The notes under the pieces are model-generated. The model saw only the letters and a list, made by a program, of their open reading frames with translations, was not told where the DNA came from and made no database searches. Position numbers and translations under genes: made by a program. From contig NC_087436.1 in assembly GCF_036321535.1 (NCBI RefSeq), positions 59,956,001 to 60,020,000 of the forward strand: 64,000 nucleotides of DNA. Reading direction: 5' to 3'. How positions within the stretch are numbered: the first letter of the stretch is position 1; the number at the start of each line of letters is the position of its first letter. Positions 13,081 to 23,578 of the stretch are shown piece after piece. This DNA is from Camelus dromedarius. Taxonomy: Eukaryota.

Positions 13081-14062
13081 TGTGTTATTCTTAGAATTAC
13101 ATGCTATGTCTCTTTGCCTTTTTAAGTGCCCATATATAAATTAGTGTGAATCCTTTAGCTCAAATAGAACAAACTGTACAATAAGGTATTATTTATTTGG
13201 GGAAATAAAATTTATGTATTTGCTGGCATGAAATACATTGCCATCTGTTGTTTTAGACACTCAGTTTCCCATGAGGATGAAGTAAAGTAGACGATAGTGC
13301 AGCTAAGCTGTAACTACCTAATAGATGGATAAAAGCCCATTTCTAAAGTAAGTAGGCAAAAGAATCAAGTCTTAATAAGCTAACCAATTTGGGAGATCAG
13401 CGCCAGATTGGCCATTAACAGTCATCTTAGTTCAAGTCAAATTCATAACAATACTCAGCATTTAAATTGCTCCTTATTTTTAAAGTACTGTAATCTAATG
13501 ATAACACTCTTTGGTTATGTTATTGAATATTAGCTCAAAAAATTAAGTGACTTTCCCAGCATAGAATCCAATATCTATAACTGAAGGAGGGGATGATATA
13601 CTACATTAGTGTTCAGACATACAGTTACTTCAGGGAACCACTGAATCAAGATTATAGGAGTAGAAAATACTTAAGTCATTTTAATATTTAGTAAATAAAT
13701 TTACAGACAGGGTAATGTTGAAACCAGATGAAGAGCAGGAACTAGAAATTATGAGAGCATCTAAAAAGAATGCCAAATGGGAATGAAGAGAAACTATCAG
13801 GTGCCCAACAAGGTGAATCAGGGTCAGAAATCAAGGCAAGGGATACAGGCAGCAACAAAGCCATACAAGGAGTTGAAAAAGAATATTGTTTTGAACTAAT
13901 GGCTGTATTACCCAGGGGACCCATTTCTTACCTATGGCAAGAACTGTTCTGAAAGTATGCTGGAGTAGGGACCACGAGTTTTAAGGTGTACGGAGTTAAT
14001 TAAGTGGCAGAATTCTATTTTAATTTTTATTTGAGAAAAGCACATAGTCTTCAATAAAAATT

Positions 14063-14345
14063 CTAGCTACCATTGATTGAGCACCAATGATATACTTGAT
14101 ATTTCGCAGCCTTCTTAAAAATCCCTCTAATGAGTCTATAAATTAAGCATAAACTTCCAGTGTGTAAATTCCTAAGATTCAGAGAGATTATGTAGCCTGC
14201 TCAAGGTCACCAAACTTTCAAAAGACAGAGCAAGAATTTAGAAGTAATGTTAAGTTGATGATTTTTCACATTGCCCAAGATTAGTGAAATCTCAATCGAT
14301 ATTACAAGAATGTTGACTCCCAAGACTGAGCTTTTTACCACTGCC
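14063..14345 (-). mobile_element. MIR SINE
   Basis: agctaccattgattgagcacc and aagattcagagagattatgtagcctgctcaaggtcac (reverse MIR core). Confidence 0.65.
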
Positions 14346-16849
14346 CAGTGTATTTCGTAAATCTGTCTTAAAAATTGTAAGTCTTAGAAGAGCATACTAG
14401 TTCTCACTTGCAGGTAAAAATAAGGTTTTCACTTACAAGATTGATGTATAAGATACTGGAATTCACTTTTAACATTTGAGATGTTAAATTTCTCTATGTG
14501 GAAATATTTTCTCTTCATCCTCCCTCAGTACACTGGTGTTAATGACCCTGTACAATATACTGAACCATGAATCAAGATAGTACGCTCTTTGAAAGAAATA
14601 AAAGTTGAAAAATGGTTTTAGTTATCAGAGAAAACTTAATCATGGATTTGGAAAATTGTCTACCCACATCATTAATTATTAATCCCAGAACTCAATAAAG
14701 TACCAAGCATTCTCATTATCCTTGTATTTATTACCCAAGTCCCTACATTTATGATTCTGTATAGAGAAGTAAAATTTGCCATACAATAAAATATTCACAA
14801 GTGAACTGACAGCTTATAAAATTATCCTCCCTCAAACAGTCTCATCCCATTCCTATCCCCACCTTCAATACGAGGTGCTTGAAAGATAATTTTTACCTTA
14901 ATTGATGATTTCTAAAGGATTTTGGGAAAGCCAATGAAATCCTAGTAGACTTATGTGAAAATGATCCTCTTAACATAATTACATACAATTGAAGTAAAGG
15001 ATGTCATATCTTAAGAGCTATCATTCTACTTTGTTCAAAATATTGCACTTTCCCCAAAGTTGTTATTATAACTTAAATGTTGTAAAATATAAGGTAAACA
15101 AATTATTCTCATGTTGTCTCAGTTTTTAGCCACTTAGTTCTTTTTTCACTCTTCTTACAAAATTTTGGTCTTCCTATTTACAGGATTCAATAGTTCAAAA
15201 GTCCTTTGGAGGACTTTTTTTTCCATACATATTATCTTTAGATACATGGGGCTTTTTTACTTATAAATACTGGCCTACAGAGGACTTAAATGATCATGTA
15301 GTTTAACCACTCGTAATAAATCTCCTCACAAATGGCTGTTCAGTGACAGGGAACATGCTATCTCTGAAGGCCTGACCTTCTCCATTTATTCTATGTGGTA
15401 AATCTTTATGGACATTTAAGACTGTTAAAATATCACTTCTTATGAGAGGGCTTCCCGCTAATCTGTGTTGACCTCTCTACTACAATCCACGTAAAGCTAG
15501 ACTACTATTCATTGTTTCAACCATTTATTCTGCACATGCTTTTAGCCCCTATGAATCTGGTGCTATGCTAAGGCCTTCAAATGCAATAGTGAAAAAGGAA
15601 AAGGTTCCTTCCACACATCAAATTAAAAGTATATATATTGTGATAAATCCTTAACAAATAAGTATATAGTGGAAGGAAATACTATTTTAAAAAGAGAAAA
15701 TGCTGTACATGGAAATCCTGAGAAAAGGGCATCTATGATCTATATGAAGTGACTTTTTTTTTTAAATGAGAAGAACTTCTGGGCATAATCTAAGTGGGAC
15801 AATTGAAGACAAAAGTTAGTTGCTTTGTTTAAGAAAATAACAGAAATTCTGCGTGTGTTAAGTATTATGAAACAGAATTCCCTGTCAAATTGCCATAAAG
15901 GGTAAAGACATTTATCTAACATAAAGTATCATAGCTAATGGTTGATTTGACATACTTCTCAGAGTATTAGTTTACGTGCCTAGGTACTTAACTAGAATCT
16001 TAATCTCCAGATGGGTGCCGAAAGTCTAAGTGTACTGTCTTCATAGACAAAATCCCAAGCAGGAAAGGAGACAAAAGGACAATAAAGAGTTTTTCAACCA
16101 TGTATCAGGAGAAAAATATTTCTCAGAAGCCCTTAGTTGACTTCTTAGTAGGTATCCTTGTCTATAATTGACTTACACACTCACCTGAAGACAAAAGCCT
16201 ACAATGTGCAAATGGTCTTGTCATGACCAAGGGAGCCTCAGACCAGACATAATTCATCATCTGTGGCAGGTATACGGCTAATTTCAAAACAGAAAAGAGG
16301 TATTTTAAGAAAGAAGATGACAACTAATATTATTTTCCAGAATGTGTTTTCAAAGGGTAACTTTGGAGTGAGCATGGGGCATATACAGGATGAGGGTAAA
16401 AAAAGTGGAGAAGGATCTTGAAAAAAATACTAAGGAAATTAAAAACAGGAAGAGAAAAGCAGCAAGAGAACACCAAGGAAAGAAAACAGCAGAAGAGTCC
16501 ATGTCAGGATGTTAGGGGAACTTTAGGACACTGATGGAAGGACACTGTATATAGGATGAAGATATGACCAGGAGAAATTATTGGTAATTTTCTGAGATGT
16601 AGGCATGGAGGTGAGAATCACTGTATTTAATACAGTTCCTGGGAGTAAAGTCTATGACTTTTTATTTGGAAATCAAGGGAAAGTCTAACTTAAAGGACTG
16701 ATGACCCTGATGACCACAATGTGATGAGGTTACATTTTCATGTATTTAACTATTTCTATGATAAGTAATGTAAAGGAAAACTTTGAATGTAAAGCATAAA
16801 ATAGAGTCTCCTTACTTAGAAAAAAAAAACTACCATAAAAACAGATGAA

Positions 16850-17520
16850 TAGAAGCCAGCTAGTATACAAGGTAAGAGGAGAATTCTAGGCAAATTAAAC
16901 AAAATATATTAAAGCCCTAAGCAAAAGAAGGAAGTATGTATTTAAGAACTGAAAGCCAGTGTGAGGGGAGAGAATAAGAGAATTGGCTTAAGACAGGACA
17001 AAGGGAGAGATGGAAGGGAGCTAGACAATTTAAGGCCCTGAAGGACAAATCAGAATGGCTTTAACTTGATGCTAAGGATAATGATTTTGAGATCTCACTT
17101 TTGAAAGATGTCTGAGTTGTGAAGACTGTCTGGAAGGAGAGACAAGAATAAATGTGGAATTCCACTTAGGTTACTGAGATCAGCTGTGAATTCTTTGTAA
17201 GGTGGCAGCAGTGCATTCAGAGGAAATCTGCTGGAGAGCCTTGGTATCAGGAACCATCTTTGGTTTCAGAAATGAACAATAAGTAGATGGTAAAATCATT
17301 TACTAAGCTAGCTAACACCTGAGGAGAAAGTGGTCTTAGGAAAATGTCTTTGATTATTTAAGTTTGTGGGATGGTTGTTAAACAGGAAATTTACAATTAG
17401 CCATGCTGAGTTTGTGATGCTTTTGAGACATCCTAAGAGAGAAGATAATTAGAATGCTGAACTTACAGAACTAGAAAGCCTGGTTTGGAAAGATGAATCT
17501 CCTAGCATAAGCTCTTGGAA
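16850..17520 (-). mobile_element. LINE-2 fragment
   Basis: Purine-rich L2-type text: ttaagaactgaaagccagtgtg, gatggtaaaatcatttactaag, catgctgagtttgtgatgcttttgagacatcctaagaga. Confidence 0.6.
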
Positions 17521-17649
17521 TCATGTATTTAACCACTGCTTATGTGAACCATCACCTTGGCACTAATCTTTGGTAGATGGTATTTGGGATATGCTGTAAC
17601 AACATATTAAACTACCTTTCTCAGAGCCCTGTACACTGTGTGTGTGTAA

Positions 17650-18225
17650 GTGGTAGAATATTTATAACACAAAATTAAAAATTTTAATCATTTTAAAATG
17701 TGGGGTTGGGTGGCATTAAGTACATCCACACTGTTGTGCAACCACCACCACCATCCATCTCCAGAACTCTTTTGTCTCCCCAGACTGAAGCTCCGCATCC
17801 ATTAAATAATAATCCCCCATTCCACTAGCTTCCTTGCTCTTTTGTGGCTGGCTCATATGATTGAGTATAATTCATCAAGTTTCGTCCACATTGTAGCATA
17901 TGTCAGGATTTCCTTCCTTTTTAAGCATGTCCGTTTATTTATTTATTTAGGTGGGGGGATTTCCTTCCTTTTTAAGGCTGAATAACATTCTGTTGTTTGT
18001 ATGTACTATATTTTGTTTATCCATTCATCTGTCGATGGCCATTGGGGTGCTTTCATCTACTGTATATTGTGAAAAATGCTGCTATGAACATGGGTGTGCA
18101 AATATCTGTTCGAGTCTCTACTTTTAATTCTTTGGGATATATATAAAAAAGTGGAACTTTCAGATGATATGTTATATTTAATTTTTTGAGGAAACACCAT
18201 ACTGTCTTCCACAGCTGCATCATTT
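17650..18225 (-). mobile_element. LINE-1 (L1MB-type) 3' end
   Basis: gtggcattaagtacatccacactgttgtgcaaccaccaccaccatccatctccagaac, tttatccattcatctgtcgatgg, aatgctgctatgaacatgggtgtgcaaatatct. ORF 18053-18253 carries L1 ORF2 C-terminal residues (LWKTVW...PMFIAAFFTI). Confidence 0.92.
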
Positions 18226-19309
18226 TTCTAACTCTTTTAAAAGGGGGTTTCAATTATCATTGAACACATAATAAAAATGCTGAATGATTCTGGCCTAAAG
18301 TTGAACTGTTGCAGCTTACCAACAATCCTCCTTCAGATTAGTATGTAAGCAGTGCAGTAAACAGCACATATGTGGTCCATTTTTATGTATAATTTCTATG
18401 AGCTTTTATTTTAAAGACAGTGAAATGATAATACACATATTCCACAATTTTTTATCTATGAAGCATAAACATGGTTTTTTGGTTTCATATGAATTAGTTT
18501 GCATTTGTTATTATTCTGTCAATTTAAATGGCTTAGAAGTAACATTTTACACTTGATAAATTCCTGCTTTCAGATTAACATATATCTCATTGGTTGGTTT
18601 TGATTTTTTTTTAAATAAAGTAACAGAAATACTAATTTGTAACATATTGTACAATAATTACAGATTTTAAATATCATCATCTGTATAATTATAATGCAAT
18701 TATAATATGAAATTTTTTTTTTTGATATTTTTAATTTGGGGCAGGAGGAATGATCATTGCTTAATATCTACAAATTTAACAAGCCCAGAAATATCTCTGA
18801 ACCTTGAAACTGAAACCATGAATTACTTCTGTGCCAACTGATATCAAATTTACAAAGTATACACAACAGCTATTTTGACAACTGCATTCTTTCTACTGGC
18901 ACAAAATTATCATAGATAAATAAAATATGTACAGCAGAAAAATATAGAATAAGTTCCCAGAAGAAATTTATATTTTAAATTTGTATGAGTCTGCAATTTT
19001 TTTTGTTTTTGTCTTTAAGATCTTTTTGAGTTGAGTAAGTCATTTATAAACTAAAAGAGTACTGATTAACAGGAAATACACGTAAGTGTCTGCCCTCTTG
19101 AAACTTAAGTAATTTCTACTGGCATTAGACATTATCCACTGTATTAACAGTGGAATGGAGAACGAGGAGAACTTTAACCAAACTTTGTCTTTACTGGTAG
19201 CAACATAGACCAACCTTTATAAATTGGTCCTTCAACTCAACCAAGATTCTGAAGATGATTAGTTAAAGAGCAGTATGTTCAATACACCTGGCAATGCATT
19301 TAGTTTGTT

Positions 19310-19535
19310 TTTCTGTTCACATACCTCCAATGACAGGCAGCTCATTCCTTAGAGGGCAGTTTCTTCTGTCCTTGGCCAGCCTTGCTTGTTAGAAAACTCT
19401 TCTTTATTTTCAACCCAAATCTACCTCCCTAGATCATCCCCACCAAGATCCTATTTCTCATCCTGGAGCCAGTCAGGGACAGTCAGCTCCCTCTTCCCCA
19501 ACACAAGCCTTGGGGATCCAGAAGGCACAACTACT
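19310..19535 (-). mobile_element. L3/CR1 LINE fragment
   Basis: atacctccaatgacaggcagctcatt...ttgttagaaaactcttctt...aaatctacctccct...ctggagcca...ccctcttcc follows the reverse L3 consensus as recalled. Confidence 0.7.
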
Positions 19536-19574
19536 ACCCAGTAGTGTGCTGGTAAATGTTTAACTTATAACTCC

Positions 19575-20200
19575 ACTTTAGTTATTTTTGTTGGTGTGTA
19601 ATAATATTGCATTATATTAATGTATCAAAATGAATGTATACAATTTCCTGTGAATGGAAATGTGCATGGCTTGCAATGTTTGCTTTACAAACAGTTCTAC
19701 TATGAACATTCGTGGGCTCCTGGAGCTGGTGTGAGGTTTCTCTGGAAATGGATGGCAGTCGTAAGACACATACATTTTTTCACTGCAACAGACAGTATTA
19801 AACCATTCTCTGGAAGGGGTTCCCCATTGCCCACACCCTTGCCCACACTTAGCCCTGTCAGGTTTTATACTTGTGCCAATCTTACAGGTATGGCCCGGCA
19901 TCTCATCGAGTTTTGATTTTCATTGAATTATTTCTAGTGGTGTTGTACATCTTTGTAAGTGTTTATTGGACATTTGTGTTTCCTGTCCCATAAATTGCCT
20001 ATCCATATTTTTTGTCCATTTCTTTGCTGGGGGAATCTGTCTTTCTTTTTTATTTACTTGGAGAAGTTCTTTTAATATTTTGATTTCCAAACTTGAGTTG
20101 CTTTGTGCATTGCAAATCTTTCTTTCAGTTGATGGGATGTCTTTTGATCAGTTGTGACTTCTAATAAACATAATTTTCATTTGAAACAAAGAAACTGAGG
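19575..20200 (-). mobile_element. Old LINE-1 (L1ME-type) fragment
   Basis: ttgtttgctttacaaacagttctactatgaacatt, tgtaagtgtttattggacatttgtgtttcctgt...aaattgcctatccatatttttgtccattt. Confidence 0.75.
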
Positions 20201-20889
20201 CATGGGTATGATAAATATAAGGCACTATTGTGAATATGAAACAGCCCTCTTCCCATGCAGGTTTTTGGAAAAAACAACACCTGTTTGTGATTTTGGTCAG
20301 TTCAAGGGTAGAGGCAGCTGTCAGGAGATAAGTGAAGAGATTTCTGTGGAAAGAGCTGTTGCCTAAATTTGAGTCTCCTCCATGGTTTTAGGAGGAAAAG
20401 ATGGCATTGGGAGGAGTAACTTTCTAATCCCAAATCTAGTGAAGGGTCTTCAAGAGAATCATTTAGAGTTTCAAATGTGTTTTGTGCCATTGAAAACACA
20501 AGAGACAGATGCTGACGTACGCCTGAGAAAAACGAAGCAGAACACGGACAAGATTTTGACACCTGCCAGAAAGTCTGGAGACTGAGGATGGACCGGCCAG
20601 CTGCGAAAGCAGTAGTAGTGTCCTGAGCTCTCAGAGCTGGTCAGGGAGGCCGAGATGGTTTCTGTGAAGTATCTGGAGTACGAGAAAACCCAGGAGATGG
20701 AGGCTAAGGATATACCCATCCAGTCTTGACAAGGGAACCGCAGGACAGTTGGCCCACCCAGAAGGAGACCTCGGCAGAGACCACTTTTGTGCCCAGTCAC
20801 GAGGTCTTAGAGCCAAGTGCAACCTCTTTAAAACTCCTCTCACCAACTTGGAACGGAGAACCTCTCCCCTAGACTTTTCACGCTGGTGG

Positions 20890-21080
20890 CAGGGGTGAGG
20901 CATTTACTGTGAGGAAGAGGAAGCTTAAGTTTCAGAGCCCTCACTTGTACCTGAGGGCCCTTCACAAAGCCCTAGAAAAGATCCTTTTTTTTCTTTCTTT
21001 CTTTTTTCTGACTTTTTTTTTTTTTAATGGCTCTTCCAGATATTAAACTTCAGGCCTCACAAAACCTAAATCTATCCTTC
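20890..21080 (+). mobile_element. Non-autonomous hAT (Tip100-type) DNA transposon with an internal poly-T/pyrimidine run
   Basis: Left end caggggt...tttactgtga...gaagcttaagtttcagagccctcacttg and right end aacttcaggcctcacaaaacctaaatctatcctt resemble the two termini of this element class. Confidence 0.6.
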
Positions 21081-22199
21081 AGTACCACTGCCCTTAGTTC
21101 TAGGCAGGCCAAATTCTTGCCTTGGGTTCTGTACTTGAGAGGAGTGCATTTCTCCCTTCTCTGGTGGTGCCTCTTTCGACAAGGCGAGAGTTCCAAAGAG
21201 CCAGGGTTCCTATGGCTCTTTGAGCCTTAGCCTCCACCACCCACCGTGCTAGGAATTCCCATTCAGGCGGCTCTGAGTCCTCCCCTCCCCGATGTACTCC
21301 CACACAATGGCCCACAGGGCTGCAAAGGAAGAGGCCATCACCAGCAGTGGTGGACAGAGCTTAGATGGGCTGAATTCACCCTCTGGCCTGAGGTCCTACT
21401 CACGCAGAAAGAAGCCCAAGGTGGGAAGAAAAGAGGGGCAGTCTAGGTGTTTCATCAGTTAAGCTGTATCAATTGCTATTGCTTATGAGAGGATCTTTCT
21501 GTGTTCATAATATCTATTCACCTTAATGGAAAATGTAGTCTCATGAGTTACTGATTAATTAAATTTAAAAAAGATTCAAGAAAGTTGATTATTTTTATAC
21601 TTCGTGTGTTACTCAAGAACCAGTGGATTTTAATACTAAATAAATAAATAAAAATCCTCAGAGGAACTGCTCCACTTGATTAAGCGTTGTTATTTTTCTC
21701 TTTCTGCTCCTTAGCGAGTCATAATATCTGGTCCCTTGTGCAGAACAGTCAAGAAATCCTACTGTAACATTTGCATCTGATCTGGCAATCCTTCTTTGTA
21801 CAGTGAACACACAAATGCTATTTTTCAGTTGAGTTGGAACAGCCTGATAAGATGACTGAAGTGTTTCAGTTCATCAGTGCAGTACAGTACCATTGTACTC
21901 TTTATAGTGTGATATTGAAATACAGTGTATCAGATCACTAAAAAAGACTGCTGATGCACCACCATTGTTGTGGAAGTAGCTCTCATGCACAGATAAAAGT
22001 CATGGTGCCACCTTCAACTGCCCCTGCTGACATCATCCTATGGAAGAATTCTGTTTGCCGATAAATGAAATAGTTCATTTCAACTTTTCTATAATGTGGA
22101 TAATAACATAAATATTTAATAACACCATAAACAAGGCTATACCACCCAATATTAATTTCCTGTTTTTCCCCTTTCATGATAGACTAATAGAAAAAAATC

Positions 22200-22330
22200 A
22201 AAAGCTTTGAAATCTAACATATCTCCACTTATCAGCAGATGACATAGAGCAAGTTAATTTTATTGAAATCCAGTATCTTTATCAATAAAGTAAGGACAAC
22301 AGCACCTGCTTTCTAAGGTTGTTTAGATTT
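22200..22330 (+). mobile_element. MIR SINE fragment
   Basis: ctccacttatcagcagatgacatagagcaagttaattt...gcacctgctttctaaggttgtt. Confidence 0.55.
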
Positions 22331-23411
22331 TCAATATATAAATATAAAATGTGTAGAATAATTCTGGGCACAAAAAAGAAAATTAAAAATGACTGATTTA
22401 ATATCTCTTATAGGAGGAAGTTGGGGGTAAGGATAGTCGAGGAGGTCTATATAAACATGATGTTCTATGGAATTTATGATTTTAGATATTTTCTCAAGTT
22501 TACTTATTCGTAACATGTAATTACTTATTTTTTAAAGTTATCTTTTTTCAATTGCTAAATTTGAGTCTCTTTTACAATAAAATCTTTTTCTTAATCTGCT
22601 GTGTACTTAGGATAATGATAAATAGTAGGTACTCAAAAATCAAAAATGATTAATTTTTATTTATTTTGGGGATAAAATAAGTTATCTTTAATTTAGCAAG
22701 TAGAACCAACCATTATAGTTATCTGATACTGTCAAATTGAAAATAGAGTTAGGTTTGATTTATTCCTAGCCACTGTTAATATTTCAACTTTAACATAGAA
22801 AATATTTGAATAATTAATATTTGAAGATGCCACATGAATTCAAACAGTAATTTTCTCATACAGATTGAAAAGATCTCTGAACTAGGAGTTTGGAAACCTG
22901 ACTCACTTGTCTGGGACATGATAAGGCTGTTTGTATTTCTAAACTGTAGTTCTCTGTAAAACAAACACTGGCAGCACAAACTTCACAGAGACATTCTAAG
23001 GAGTGAAAATCTAGGAAAGCATTTTGTAAAATGTGAAGGAGCCTCACTTTGCTTTTTAAAGGAGTCTATAATAAACATTGATGACTATTCTCAAACCTCC
23101 AAATTAAAGGATCCCCACAATTGCTGAAAAAAATCAAGGTTCTTTTAGATGAAGTCACTCCCATTCACTACTATAATATTTGAACACCTCTATTATAGTA
23201 CTTATTAGACAAAAATAAAATTGCCTTATTCTGTGAAGTCTCTTACCAGACACTTAAGACGAGTATTTTTTGAGGACAGATATTTTCCATTAGTCTCTTT
23301 TTTGTTTGTTTTTTAATCTCTTGTACTCAACACAAAATTTTATACATTTTAGACACTGGAATATTGTTTGTCGAATTTATACATATATTGTTCAAAATAG
23401 TATATTTGTTT

Positions 23412-23578
23412 ATTCATTAGCACTTATATAGTTCATACTAAGTGTCATGCATTATTCTAAGCTTTACAGATATTAACTCATTTAATCCTCCCAACAATGT
23501 TCTGTGTTATTATCATCCCCAGGTTGTACCTGAGGAAACCAAGGCACATATAGATTAAGAAACTTGTCCCAGATGACC
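23412..23578 (-). mobile_element. MIR SINE
   Basis: tattaactcatttaatcctcccaacaa...tattatcatcccc...tgaggaaaccaaggcaca...ttaagaaacttgtcc. Confidence 0.85.

Noticed and set aside
18053..18253. ORF with recognisable protein motifs
   Set aside because: Degenerate L1 ORF2 C-terminus, not a host gene.
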